A stretch of 56,966 nucleotides of DNA from Anaerolineales bacterium (GTDB lineage: Bacteria; Chloroflexota; Anaerolineae; Anaerolineales; E44-bin32), in assembly GCA_023250385.1 (NCBI GenBank), contig JAHFAU010000001.1, forward strand, positions 1 through 56,966, given 5' to 3'. The position numbers were made by a program, and so were the translations under genes. Shown here piece after piece: positions 17,895 to 27,639 of the stretch; within the stretch, counting starts at the first letter, position 1; each line of letters starts with the position of its first letter. The notes under the pieces are model-generated. The model worked only from the letters and a program-made list of their open reading frames with translations. It did no database searches and was not told where the DNA came from.

Positions 17895-19337
17895 ATGCAC
17901 GATCTGCTGGAGCGAGCCATCGAACAGGCGACTCACCGGGGAGCCGAGTATGCCGACGCGCGCATCGTTGAGAATCAGGCCGAAACCCTGCTCATGCGAG
18001 ATGGGGTGATGGAGGTGCTGGACTCCTCAGAGGACCTTGGATTTGGAGTTCGAGTCCTGCTGAACGGGGGCTGGGGATTCGCCTCGAGCCACGATCTTCG
18101 AGCGGCCGAATTCGAGCGAGTAACCGAACTGGCAATCCGGATCGCCAAGGCCTCCGCCCGAGTTCCCGGCGAAAACGTCGATTTGGGTCCGCCCGTGACC
18201 AGCCGCGGCAGCTATCTGACGCCGATCCAAAACGATCCCTTCAGCATTCCGTTGGATCAGAAAATCGCGGTGCTGGCAGCTGCAGATACGGGAATGGCCC
18301 GGGCCGCGGGGGTCCGAGTCCGGGAGAGCAACCTCGTCTTCATCAAAGAGAAGAAATGGTTCGTAAATAGCGACGGGGCCCAAACCGAGCAGACGATCAT
18401 CGAGACCGGTGGCGGGATGGTGGCCACCGCAGTTGGCGAGGGAGAAGTGCAGACCCGCTCCTACCCGACCTCCTTCGGCCGCCAGCAGCTCACCGCGGGC
18501 TGGGAGGCAGTTGAGCAGTGGGATCTCCCCGGCAACGCCGAACGGATCGGAAGCGAGGCGGTTGCCCTGCTCACCGCAGAGCGCTGCCCGCCTGGGACTT
18601 CGGACATCATACTGTCCGGGGACCAGCTGGCGCTGCAGGTGCATGAATCTTGCGGCCATCCGATCGAGCTGGACCGAGTCTTCGGAACCGAAGCGGCCTA
18701 TGCCGGGACCTCCTTCCTCACGACGGAGAAGCTGGGCACCTTTCGCTATGGCTCGGAGCACGTAAACATCACGGCCGACAGTGTCCGACCACGTGGGCTC
18801 GGCACTTTCGGGTGGGACGACGAGGGCGTGCCGGCCCAGTCCACCCCGATTGTCCGAGATGGGGGCTTCATTGGATACCTGATGTCCCGCGAAATGGCCA
18901 GCCGGATCGGGCTGAACAGCAATGGCTGCATGCGGGCCTCGGGCTGGAACCGAATCCCGCTGATCCGGATGACCAATGTCAGCCTTGAACCGGGCGAGTG
19001 GTCATTGCAAGACCTAATCGCCGACACCGAGGCCGGGATCTACATGGAGACCAATCGCTCCTGGTCGATCGATGATCGACGCTACAACTTCCAGTTCGGG
19101 ACCGAGATCGGGTACGAGATCAAGAACGGCAAGCTCGGCCGGCTGTATCGCAATCCCACCTATACCGGCATTACGCCGGAGTTTTGGAACAGCTGTGACG
19201 CGGTCTGTGGCGATCAGGATTGGAAGATGTGGGGAACACCGAACTGCGGCAAGGGGCAGCCGTCCCAAATCGCCCACACTGGGCACGGCGCGGCGCCGGC
19301 CCGCTTCCGCCGAATCCAGGTCGGCATCCATCAATAG
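17895..19337 (+). CDS. tldD: TldD-family metalloprotease
   Basis: 480 aa with HESCGHPIELDR (HExxxH) and a conserved C-terminal GxC...GQP region. Followed by pmbA. Confidence 0.9.
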   Translation: MHDLLERAIEQATHRGAEYADARIVENQAETLLMRDGVMEVLDSSEDLGFGVRVLLNGGWGFASSHDLRAAEFERVTELAIRIAKASARVPGENVDLGPPVTSRGSYLTPIQNDPFSIPLDQKIAVLAAADTGMARAAGVRVRESNLVFIKEKKWFVNSDGAQTEQTIIETGGGMVATAVGEGEVQTRSYPTSFGRQQLTAGWEAVEQWDLPGNAERIGSEAVALLTAERCPPGTSDIILSGDQLALQVHESCGHPIELDRVFGTEAAYAGTSFLTTEKLGTFRYGSEHVNITADSVRPRGLGTFGWDDEGVPAQSTPIVRDGGFIGYLMSREMASRIGLNSNGCMRASGWNRIPLIRMTNVSLEPGEWSLQDLIADTEAGIYMETNRSWSIDDRRYNFQFGTEIGYEIKNGKLGRLYRNPTYTGITPEFWNSCDAVCGDQDWKMWGTPNCGKGQPSQIAHTGHGAAPARFRRIQVGIHQ

Positions 19338-19356
19338 TGAAGACTGGCAGGGCTGA

Positions 19357-20712
19357 ATGATTGGTGAAGAACAGGCCTGGCAGCTTACCGCCCGGGTACT
19401 CGAGCTGAGCGGCCCGCACTCAGTCGAGGTTGCCCTCAAGGGCACGGCCTCGGAGTTGACCCGCTTCGCGAACAACACCGTTCACCAAAACGTCTCTGAA
19501 TCCGACGCTCGGGTCTGCGTCCGCATCTTCCATGGCCAGCGGACGGGCGCTGCGATTACAAACCGGCTCGAGCCGGCCGGATTAGCTGCTGCGGTGCAGA
19601 AGGCCAGAGAGTTTGCCTCCCACGGCACGCCCGACCCGCATTTGCCACGCATGGTCCGCCAGCCCGCCCCCGCCGCACTACACGCGTTCGACCCGGCCAC
19701 TGCAACCCACTCTCCCGACGCCCGGGCTGAGCTCGTCGGTGGATTGTGCCGGCAGGCGGCCGGCATCGGGCTGCGCGCTTCGGGCGCCTTCCGAGTCGCC
19801 GCCGAGGAATTGGCGGTGGCGACTTCCGAAGGTACGTTCGCCTACCATGCTGGCACGGCAGCCGATTTCCAGACCGTCGTGATGGGCGATGGGAGTTCCG
19901 GCTGGGCCCACGCGGCCCACTGGAAGGCCACCGAGATCCCGGTACCTGATCTGGGGGAGGAGGCAATCCGGAAGGCGGTGGACGGAAAGGGGCCCCGAAC
20001 CTTCGAGCCCCAGTCCACAACGGTCGTGCTCGAGCCATACGCCACCGCGGATCTGGTCATGATGCTCAACTTCGTCGGCATGGGGGCACAGTCCGTCATC
20101 GAAGGGCAATCCTGGATGGTGGATCGGATTGGGAAGCAGGCGATGAGTGAACAAGTGAGCATCTGGGATGATGGCCGGGATTCGGAAGGCCTGCCGCTTG
20201 CCTTTGACTTCGAAGGAGTCCCGAAGCAGCGGGTGGACATTGTCCGAGCGGGAGTGGTCCAGGGTCCGGTCTACGATCGCAAGACTGCCAATCGGCTCGG
20301 CGCGGCCAGCACCGGCCATGCACTATCGCCCTTCCTGCCAGCGCTGGTCCGAGGCTATGGTCCGTTGGCGCTGAATTTGAGGATGGCCGTCGGAGAATCC
20401 ACAACGGAAGAGTTGATTGCTTCCACGGAGCATGGGCTGTACATCACCCGGTTCCACTACACCCGCACGGTCCATCCTCGGGATTGTGTCGTGACCGGCA
20501 TGACCCGGGATGGGGTATTCGTGATCGAAGACGGTCGGCTGGCCTATCCCATCAAGGACCTGCGGTTTACGCAGTCTTATGTCAGCGCGCTCAATGAGGT
20601 CGAGAGAATCGGAGCCGAGACCCGCCTGCTCGCCGACGACTTTATTGGAATGAGCGTCCGTGCCCCGGCCATCAAGCTCAAGAGCTTTCGCTTCACCGGT
20701 GCGACGGCCTGA
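19357..20712 (+). CDS. pmbA: PmbA/TldE-family protein
   Basis: 451 aa paralog of TldD without HExxxH. Typical tldD-pmbA pairing. Confidence 0.85.
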   Translation: MIGEEQAWQLTARVLELSGPHSVEVALKGTASELTRFANNTVHQNVSESDARVCVRIFHGQRTGAAITNRLEPAGLAAAVQKAREFASHGTPDPHLPRMVRQPAPAALHAFDPATATHSPDARAELVGGLCRQAAGIGLRASGAFRVAAEELAVATSEGTFAYHAGTAADFQTVVMGDGSSGWAHAAHWKATEIPVPDLGEEAIRKAVDGKGPRTFEPQSTTVVLEPYATADLVMMLNFVGMGAQSVIEGQSWMVDRIGKQAMSEQVSIWDDGRDSEGLPLAFDFEGVPKQRVDIVRAGVVQGPVYDRKTANRLGAASTGHALSPFLPALVRGYGPLALNLRMAVGESTTEELIASTEHGLYITRFHYTRTVHPRDCVVTGMTRDGVFVIEDGRLAYPIKDLRFTQSYVSALNEVERIGAETRLLADDFIGMSVRAPAIKLKSFRFTGATA

Positions 20713-20805
20713 GTCCGAGTTGACCTTGCCTCGCAATCGGCGGGAGAGCGCCGCAGCTGCTGCTGTGTCATAATTCCCGCCGCTTTCATACCGCTGGAGG
20801 GGAAC

Positions 20806-21015
20806 ATGGGACCTGAAACCCCCGGGGATCAGAAACACACTGTTCGGCTGGATATGGACGAACTGTATCGCCAGGCGGTCGAACTGGTGGGTCAGCAGGA
20901 GGCCGACAAACTCTGGCAGAAGAACCGATTGGACAGCGAGGACAACTGGCCCGGTAAATGGGCCGTAGCGATGGAGATCATCGGGCGGTTGCGAGAGGCC
21001 TCGGCCGATCAGTAG
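20806..21015 (+). CDS. Small hypothetical protein (69 aa)
   Basis: Good RBS (GGAGGGG, 4 nt before the ATG). Acidic and helical; no family recognised. Confidence 0.45.
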   Translation: MGPETPGDQKHTVRLDMDELYRQAVELVGQQEADKLWQKNRLDSEDNWPGKWAVAMEIIGRLREASADQ

Positions 21016-21031
21016 GCGGCCCATCCTCCAG

Positions 21032-21437
21032 GTGCGCTGGAAAGACCTACTCTTCCTGCACTGGGAATTTGATGCAGCTCAGCTTCGCCAGTCCCTCCCC
21101 CCGGGGCTGCAGCTCGACACCTTTCAAGATCAGGCCTACCTAGGGCTGATTGCTCTGACCATGGTCAATCTGCGCCTGGCATTCGGCCCAGGACTTCCCT
21201 GGCTCCGCTCGTTCGCTCGAGCACTTTCTCACCGAGCCCTACCGGCTGGTTGTCTTCCGAAGGCGGGTGCGCACTGCCGAGATACGGCACCCGCGGTTCG
21301 TGCTCCGGCAGGCAGCGGTGTACGGCTGGGATTCGGGCCCGCTGCTCCAGTCTGGACTCCCGGTCCCCGGCGGGCCGCCGGCGAGTGCCCTGACCGCGGC
21401 CGAGACGCAGGTGGGGATCTTCGGACTGGCTGGGTAG
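21032..21437 (+). pseudogene. DUF2071 (YqjF-like) gene remnant with an internal deletion and a frame change
   Basis: The N-terminal 60 aa match DUF2071 (RWKDLLFLHWEFDAAQLRQSLPPGLQLDTFQDQAYLGLIAL). From about 21220 a different frame encodes the family C-terminus (EHFLTEPYRL...IRHPRFVLRQAAV...) and ends at TAG 21435-21437. The middle ~110 aa are missing. Confidence 0.65.
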
Positions 21438-21438
21438 G

Positions 21439-22317
21439 TCAGCGGGTCTGGGCCAGCCCGGTCAACTGCTCGCTGACCTCCCACAGGCGGCGGGCTGAGT
21501 CGAGATCGTTCGATGCGGCGGAGGATTGGGCTCGCCGGCTGAGGTTGAAGTACTCGCCTGAGACGCCCTCCAGTTCTGGTGAGCTGCCGAGCCGCAGTGG
21601 ACCGCGGGCGCCTTCCTCCTCCGAGATCGCCATGAACGCGACCCCGAGCGCGACCAATGGCCGCAGCGGCCAGGGAATATTCTTCGTAGAAAGCCCCGTC
21701 CGCACCAGCCCAGGATGGACCGCGTTGGCCGTGACGCCGGTGCCCGACAACCGGCGAGCCAACTCCTTGGTAAACAGCACGTTGGCAAGTTTCGACTGCG
21801 CGTACGGGGCCAAGCCGAATCGGTAGCCCCGCCGGTGGCCGAGGTCCTCGAACCTCATCCTGCCATCGTAGTGGGCAGCTGAAGAAACGTTGACCACCCT
21901 CGCCGGCGCGCCTGCGACCAATCGGTCAAGCAACAGCCTGGTCAACAAGAAGTAGCTGAGATGGTTTAGGGCGAAGGTCATCTCCTGGCCATCCACCGTC
22001 AGGCGCCGCCGGGCGAAGAATCCGCCGGCATTGTTCACCAATACGTGCAGGACGGGTTGGCGTTCCATGAAATTGGCTGCAAAAGAGCGCACCTGGTCTA
22101 GGGCAGAAAGATCGGCAATCAGGAATTCGACCTCAGCCCCCGCAACTTCGCTGCGGATCCGGGCGACGGCCTGCTGTCCACGGGCCTCGCTGCGGGTGCC
22201 CAGGGTCACCGCAGCGCCGAAGCGGGCCAATCCGCGAGCGATCTGGAACCCGATCCCGGAGCTGGCGCCGGTAACCAGGGCTACCCTGCCGCTCATCGGC
22301 CGGTCGAGTGCAGCCAT
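21439..22317 (-). CDS. SDR-family oxidoreductase (retinol-dehydrogenase-like)
   Basis: VALVTGASSGIGFQIA, NNAG, and a YxxxK region (YAQSKLANVLF). Confidence 0.85.
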   Translation of the reverse strand: MAALDRPMSGRVALVTGASSGIGFQIARGLARFGAAVTLGTRSEARGQQAVARIRSEVAGAEVEFLIADLSALDQVRSFAANFMERQPVLHVLVNNAGGFFARRRLTVDGQEMTFALNHLSYFLLTRLLLDRLVAGAPARVVNVSSAAHYDGRMRFEDLGHRRGYRFGLAPYAQSKLANVLFTKELARRLSGTGVTANAVHPGLVRTGLSTKNIPWPLRPLVALGVAFMAISEEEGARGPLRLGSSPELEGVSGEYFNLSRRAQSSAASNDLDSARRLWEVSEQLTGLAQTR

Positions 22318-22432
22318 ATGCAGAGAGTTTACTCAAATCCAGCGCTCAACGCGCTTTCCGAGCTCCGCGAGCCCGGGCAGTGGAGGCGAACTGCGTGCTA
22401 TCCTAGGGCGCGACAGACCAGGAGGCGATCAG

Positions 22433-23077
22433 GTGGCGAAGCATTTTGTGCTGGTGGCGGGCAACATCGGGACGGGCAAGACCTCCCTGGCCGCCAAGCT
22501 TGGGGAGCGGCTGGGATGGGAAACGGCCTTTGAATCGGTCGTAGACAATCCGTACCTTGCGGACTTCTACGCCGACATGCCAAGTTGGGCATTCCATCTG
22601 CAGGTTTTCTTCCTGGGCCATCGTGCCCGCCAGCATCTCCAGTTCTCCCGGGCGGCGGGATCGGCAATCATCGATCGCTCGATCTACGAGGATGCAGAGA
22701 TTTTCGCGAAGGCCGCCTTGGAGCTGGGAAGCGTGACCGAGCGCGACTACCGAACCTACCGGCAGGTATTCGATCTGGTCGTCGGTTCGCTTCCGACCCC
22801 AGACCTGTTGATCTTCTTGAAGGCCGAGCTGCCGGTCTTGCTGAAGCGCATCGGGGCGCGGGGCAGGGACATGGAGCGCGGGATCTCAGCCGAGTACCTT
22901 GGGCTGCTGGAGCGGCTCTATTCAGAGTGGATGGCGGATTTCGACCTGTGTCCCACTCTGACCATCCGGACGGATGACCTGGACTTCGTCAACGAGCCTC
23001 AGCACCTGGCGCTGGTCGTCAGCCGAATCCGCGACAAGTTGGCCGGCAAGGAAGAGATCGCCTTCCCACCGGAATAG
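22433..23077 (+). CDS. Deoxynucleoside kinase
   Basis: GTG 22433 lies 7 nt after GGAGG. VAKHFVLVAGNIGTGKTSLAAKL...NPYLADFYADMPSWAFHLQVFFL...DRSIYED. The upstream part of ORF 22031-23077 is antisense to the SDR gene. Confidence 0.85.
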   Translation: MAKHFVLVAGNIGTGKTSLAAKLGERLGWETAFESVVDNPYLADFYADMPSWAFHLQVFFLGHRARQHLQFSRAAGSAIIDRSIYEDAEIFAKAALELGSVTERDYRTYRQVFDLVVGSLPTPDLLIFLKAELPVLLKRIGARGRDMERGISAEYLGLLERLYSEWMADFDLCPTLTIRTDDLDFVNEPQHLALVVSRIRDKLAGKEEIAFPPE

Positions 23078-23280
23078 CCCCCGGCCGCACCGGGCCCCAG
23101 CGTTGAAATCAGTTCGTACGGGATTGCCCCAAGCCTCGCCGGCCCCGCCGAGACTAAGTGAGTTTCAACGAAATCGGGCCAGGCCCTGTTGTGCAGTCCT
23201 GGATTTACCAGCTTTTTACAGTCCCATCAACCTTCCAAAGCGCGCATCCGGCATCCTGATCTTCACCACGGAGGTGGATC

Positions 23281-23964
23281 ATGATGAACAAAGCGCGTGT
23301 AGCCACAATAGGTCTTGCTGTACTCCCGCTGCTGATTCCGAGCGCCGTGTTTGCCGAAGAGGAACACCCCCGACACGAGCGATTTCGGCATGCGGGCGAG
23401 ATCACCGGGGTCGAGGCCGGCCAGGGGACGTTCACCCTGCTGACCCGAGCCGGGGAAGAGCTGGAGTTCCAGACCAGCGATCGTACCCGCTATCGCAGCC
23501 CGGATGGTTCGGTCCAGGGTATCGATGACCTCCAGCAAGGGATGAAGGCCTTGGTCGCAGGCATCAAGGAGGAAGGCACCCTGAATGCGCTGCTCGTGGC
23601 AGCCGGCAACCCTGAGGATCGCCCGGACCGACCGCGTCCCGACGTGCGGGCCGCCGGCCGGGTCGAATCGGTGGGCGACCGATCGTTCACCCTCCAGACC
23701 CGCCGGGGCGAGCTGCTCACCTTCAAAGTGACCGAAGACACACACTACAAGGGAATCGAGAGCTTCGAGGAGTTGGAGGTGGGGATGTTCGCGGCGGTGG
23801 GCGCCAAGGAAACCGACGGCGACCTGGTTGCGATCTGGGTCGCGGCCCGGAATGCGCCCGAGGATAGGCCTCGGCCGGAGGACCGACCGAGTCGAAATCC
23901 GGAGGGCCGCCCGGACCGCCAGCCGGATCGGGCGCCAGATGCGGATGAGCAGGCCTCGGCCTAG
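23281..23964 (+). CDS. Secreted protein with two tandem DUF5666-like beta domains and EDRP-rich linkers
   Basis: Signal peptide MMNKARVATIGLAVLPLLIPSAVFA. Two roughly 85-aa repeats (G.V..V....FTL.TR.GE.L.F...Y...L..GM.A.V....G.L.A..VAA.N.PEDRP). GGAGGTG RBS. Confidence 0.7.
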   Translation: MMNKARVATIGLAVLPLLIPSAVFAEEEHPRHERFRHAGEITGVEAGQGTFTLLTRAGEELEFQTSDRTRYRSPDGSVQGIDDLQQGMKALVAGIKEEGTLNALLVAAGNPEDRPDRPRPDVRAAGRVESVGDRSFTLQTRRGELLTFKVTEDTHYKGIESFEELEVGMFAAVGAKETDGDLVAIWVAARNAPEDRPRPEDRPSRNPEGRPDRQPDRAPDADEQASA

Positions 23965-23995
23965 CGGCCTCCGGCACGTGCTGAGCAAACACAAT

Positions 23996-24019
23996 GGGGC
24001 TGCCGCAGTCGGCAGCCCC
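23996..24019. terminator. Bidirectional intrinsic terminator between convergent genes
   Basis: GGGGCTGCC-GCAGTC-GGCAGCCCC. ATTTGATTT follows on the plus strand and ATTGTGTTTG on the minus strand. Confidence 0.7.
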
Positions 24020-24051
24020 ATTTGATTTGGAGAGCGTGTCCCCGATCGCGG

Positions 24052-24900
24052 CTAGCGAGCCACCCGCTGCCAACCCTTCTTGATGACGAGCGCATCCTGC
24101 TCCATGATCGGGCTCTCGCACAGAATGCGCCCGCGGCACTCGAATTCTCGCAGCGCTCGCAGCAACCCGTTCAGATCAAAGTCGGATTCCGCCATCATCA
24201 AGTGGTTCCGTTCGCCCTTCGGGCCGTACTGGATGCCCGAGAGGTGGATATGCATTCGCTTCATCGCCCGGGCGCCGAGCGCCTTCTTGTAACTTTTCAG
24301 CGCGCTAACCCACTCCGGGTAGGAATTTACCGTGCCATCGCCTGCTCTGGCATGCAAATGGGCGAAGTCGACACACGGGTAGACCCCCTCGATCTCCTTC
24401 GCCAGCACCAGAGCATCCGCCAGGGTGCCCAACAACGCGCTCTTGCCCATCGTCTCCGGCCGCAATATCGCAGGGTTGCCGGCAGCCCGCAGCTCATCGA
24501 GGCAGCCCCGCAGCCGCGGGATGGCTACTTCGAGCACCTGATCCGGCGGCAGACCGAAATAGGATCCCGGGTGAAAGATGATGTCGGTCGCGCCAGCCAA
24601 GTTGCCGTAGTGGGCCGCGTCCATCAGCCGCTTGCGGCTCTTTGGCCATTCCTCTGTGGTGGCGTTGAGGTTGATAAAGTAGGGCGCGTGGACGCTAAGG
24701 GCTACATCCGCTGCCGCGCCGGTCTCGTTGATCCTCTGGCAGGTCTCCTCTTTCACCCGCACCGACTGAACCCATCCGATTTCGAAGGCGTCCAGCCCAA
24801 GCTCGCGCAGACGCAGGATGCCGCCGACCGCGCCGCCCGGCTTGGGCGGTGTGGACCGCGGAGTGCCAACGGTGCCGAACCTGAAATCGGACTTGGCCAT
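24052..24900 (-). CDS. Endonuclease IV-like TIM-barrel protein (AP endonuclease family 2)
   Basis: The metal-ligand pattern resembles Nfo: SVHAPYFINL, IIFHPGSY, LRPETMG, CVDFAHLHA, MHIHLS...ERNHL, ILCESP. Confidence 0.65.
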   Translation of the reverse strand: MAKSDFRFGTVGTPRSTPPKPGGAVGGILRLRELGLDAFEIGWVQSVRVKEETCQRINETGAAADVALSVHAPYFINLNATTEEWPKSRKRLMDAAHYGNLAGATDIIFHPGSYFGLPPDQVLEVAIPRLRGCLDELRAAGNPAILRPETMGKSALLGTLADALVLAKEIEGVYPCVDFAHLHARAGDGTVNSYPEWVSALKSYKKALGARAMKRMHIHLSGIQYGPKGERNHLMMAESDFDLNGLLRALREFECRGRILCESPIMEQDALVIKKGWQRVAR

Positions 24901-24914
24901 CTTGGGTTGTGCGA

Positions 24915-27500
24915 CTAGCGGGCTTCTTCGCGCCGAAGCGAGCCCGTCTTGGGAGTTGCCTCCCGGGGAAGGGCGAAGCGAAAGGTGCTGCCTTTGGCCT
25001 CTTCACTCTCTACCCACAATCGTCCGCCGTGCTGTTCGATCACGGTCTTGGCCAGTGCCAGGCCCAATCCGGTGCCTTCGATTGGGTTGTTCGGGTCGCG
25101 CACCGCCGCCCGACCGCGGAAGAGATGCTCGAAGACCCGCGGCATCTCTTCCTCCGGGATCCCCGGGCCGTTGTCTGCCACACTGAGGATCACTTCATCA
25201 TCATTCCAGCTCACCTCGACCCGAATCTCTCCGCCCGGATCAGTGAATTTGATGGCATTGCTCAGCAAATTGCTCATGACCGAATTCAACCGGTTCGGGT
25301 CGCCCATGATTAGCAGCGACTCGTCCGGCGGCTTGTACTCGATTCGGTGCTCCTGAGCCTCGGCCAGCGGGCGCAGATCTTCAATGGCGCGCCGGACCAA
25401 ATCATTGATGTTGCATGGTTCCAGCAGGATGTTCGCGGTTGACTCGACTCGGATCGTCTCGAGCAGGCCAGTAATCAGATTCGTCATACTATCGGTGGCC
25501 CGATGCATCATGTCGAGGGCCTTGCGCTGCTGCGGACTGAACGGCGCGTCGCTCAGCAGATCGGCGCCCAGCCGAATCGCGTTAAGCGGGTTCTTGAGGT
25601 CATGGGCTGCAGTTCCCAGCAGCTGCGAGCGCATCCGGTCGATCTGCTTCAAGGCCGTGATGTCCTGCATTACGACCACCCGGCCGACGTCGGTGACTTC
25701 GCTAATCGTCGAGTACAGGGTGCGTTCAGTGGGAGTAGTCACTTCCAGGCTCGTGGGGAGCTCGATGGTCCGGCTCATCAGTGCGTCGCCTAGGGGGTGG
25801 TCGAAGAAAATGTCGTCGGCCGGCCGGCCCATGGCCTTCTCGGCGTTGATCCGAAAGGCCTGAGCGGCTGCCTTGTTGACCAGAATAATGCGGCCGGCCG
25901 GATCAGTAAGCACAACTGCGTCTGCCGTCTCGACCAGGGTCGCTTGCAGACGGCTCTTCTCCTCGGTTACCCGCCGGCTCTCCTCGGCCACCCGCTGAAA
26001 CAGATTGGCGTTGTCGAGGGCGATGGCCGCCCAGGAGGCCACCGAGGACAACATCTGCGCGTCGGATTGGGTGAAGGCGCCGCGAGGGTGATTGATGGCC
26101 TCGATCACGCCGAGGACTTCGCCGCGGGTCTCCAACGGGACGGCCAGGACTGAGTGCGTGAGCAATCCGGTTTGGGTGTCGATCGAGCTGTGGTACAGCG
26201 GATTGGTTCTGACGTCATTGACAATATCCGGCTGTCTGTTGCGGGCCACCCAGCCGGCAATGCTCGCCTCCAAGCCGATGTCTATATCTCGGATGCGGAC
26301 ATGCCGACCGCCGCTGGCTTTCAATCTCAGCTTTTTGCCTTCTTCGTCGAGCAGGAACAGCACGACCGCCTCGGCCTGTAGCATCTTCTGGGCAGCCTGC
26401 ATGGAGTTCTGTAGAGCGGTTTCCAGGTCGAGAGTCGAGGTCATGTTCCGGCCGATTTCGCCTAGTTTCTCCAACTGCTCGGCACGCGACTTGGCAGTCT
26501 CCAGGTGGATCGCATCCTGCAGCCCGATCGCACCGATGTTCACGATCGTTCGCGCCAATTCCATTTCTTGATCGTCGATCTGGCGGCCCGGTTGGTCATA
26601 GAGCATCCGGACCAGTCCTAGGGCTTCGCTGCCGACCACCAGCGGGAAGATAGCGGCCGCGGTGAATCTCTCCAATTCGAGCATGGCGAGGTCCTCTCCA
26701 GACCCGACCGGCGGACTCAGGCTGATTGTGGCCGGTTGAAGATCGTTGAGGACCTGCTGGTGAACCGGATAGTCTGGGGGCTGGTTCTTTGAATCGAGAA
26801 CTGAGGTGTGCGGAACGGTCTGGCCGATCGACAGTTGAAACCGGGTGGTGTGCTCCGATCCGTCCTCGACGATCTGTACTTCACAGATCCCGGCTGAGGT
26901 CGCCTTCAGCAGGTGGATCGCCATCTGCTTGACGACCTGACCCCTATCGTGGGAGCCGGTGATCGCGTGGCTGGCCTGATAGAGCAGGGTGAGCTTGTTG
27001 AAAAGGTAATTCTGATTGTCGGTCTGGCGGGCGAAGGCCATCACTTCGGCGGCCCGGGCGGCCAAGACGTCCAAAGTCGAAAGTTCGGCTGTGCCGAATG
27101 GTTGGCCGTTCTCGTTGGCCACGAAGACTAACCCGATCGTCTTGCCGCTGGTGAAACACGGAGCGCAGGCGACCGCCCCTGGAGCCAGTGGAAGACCCAT
27201 CGACCCTCGCGAACCATCGGTGGTGCTGGCTCGGTGTTTGGTCAGGACCTGGCGCAGCACTGGATGGTCAGGGTTGGAAGACAGGCGCCCCAACTCGGCG
27301 ACCTGCACTCCGAGCGATGCCCGAGGTACGAAGCCCGTCCCGTTTTCTTCGTACTCATAGAGCGCGGCCCGCTCGGCTCTGAGCAGCTCCTTGGCCATCT
27401 TCAACAGCTCGCCAAGCGCTTCACTAGGATTGTAGAAATCGAAAGAGATCGTGGCGGCACGATACAAGCTGTCTTGCATTCCGCGGCCGTCTTCAGTCAC
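24915..27500 (-). CDS. Multi-GAF/PAS sensor histidine kinase
   Basis: 861 aa with several GAF-like modules, a PAS-like segment, an H-box (AAHDLKNPLNAI), and an HATPase domain (NLLSNAIKFT, GTGLGLALAKTV). Confidence 0.85.
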   Translation of the reverse strand: MTEDGRGMQDSLYRAATISFDFYNPSEALGELLKMAKELLRAERAALYEYEENGTGFVPRASLGVQVAELGRLSSNPDHPVLRQVLTKHRASTTDGSRGSMGLPLAPGAVACAPCFTSGKTIGLVFVANENGQPFGTAELSTLDVLAARAAEVMAFARQTDNQNYLFNKLTLLYQASHAITGSHDRGQVVKQMAIHLLKATSAGICEVQIVEDGSEHTTRFQLSIGQTVPHTSVLDSKNQPPDYPVHQQVLNDLQPATISLSPPVGSGEDLAMLELERFTAAAIFPLVVGSEALGLVRMLYDQPGRQIDDQEMELARTIVNIGAIGLQDAIHLETAKSRAEQLEKLGEIGRNMTSTLDLETALQNSMQAAQKMLQAEAVVLFLLDEEGKKLRLKASGGRHVRIRDIDIGLEASIAGWVARNRQPDIVNDVRTNPLYHSSIDTQTGLLTHSVLAVPLETRGEVLGVIEAINHPRGAFTQSDAQMLSSVASWAAIALDNANLFQRVAEESRRVTEEKSRLQATLVETADAVVLTDPAGRIILVNKAAAQAFRINAEKAMGRPADDIFFDHPLGDALMSRTIELPTSLEVTTPTERTLYSTISEVTDVGRVVVMQDITALKQIDRMRSQLLGTAAHDLKNPLNAIRLGADLLSDAPFSPQQRKALDMMHRATDSMTNLITGLLETIRVESTANILLEPCNINDLVRRAIEDLRPLAEAQEHRIEYKPPDESLLIMGDPNRLNSVMSNLLSNAIKFTDPGGEIRVEVSWNDDEVILSVADNGPGIPEEEMPRVFEHLFRGRAAVRDPNNPIEGTGLGLALAKTVIEQHGGRLWVESEEAKGSTFRFALPREATPKTGSLRREEAR

Positions 27501-27639
27501 GTTCTTAACCTTTGCAGGCGCGCACCATCGAGGCCTTGGCCAGGCAATTGATCATTATGTCATAGTCAAAGTTGGCTTGCAATGAGAGCTTTAGGGGGAG
27601 CAATTGACGGCGACTTTCGAACGCCGCTACGATCTCGCC

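Noticed and set aside
21215-21826. Continuation of ORF 21032-21826 beyond the DUF2071 N-terminal fragment.
   Set aside because: Family similarity is lost after about codon 60, and the rest runs antisense through the SDR gene. I interpret it as read-through of a pseudogene remnant.
22031-22432. An N-terminal 134-aa extension of the deoxynucleoside kinase ORF.
   Set aside because: It overlaps the divergent SDR gene in antisense. A GTG with a GGAGG RBS at 22433 starts exactly at the conserved kinase N-terminus.
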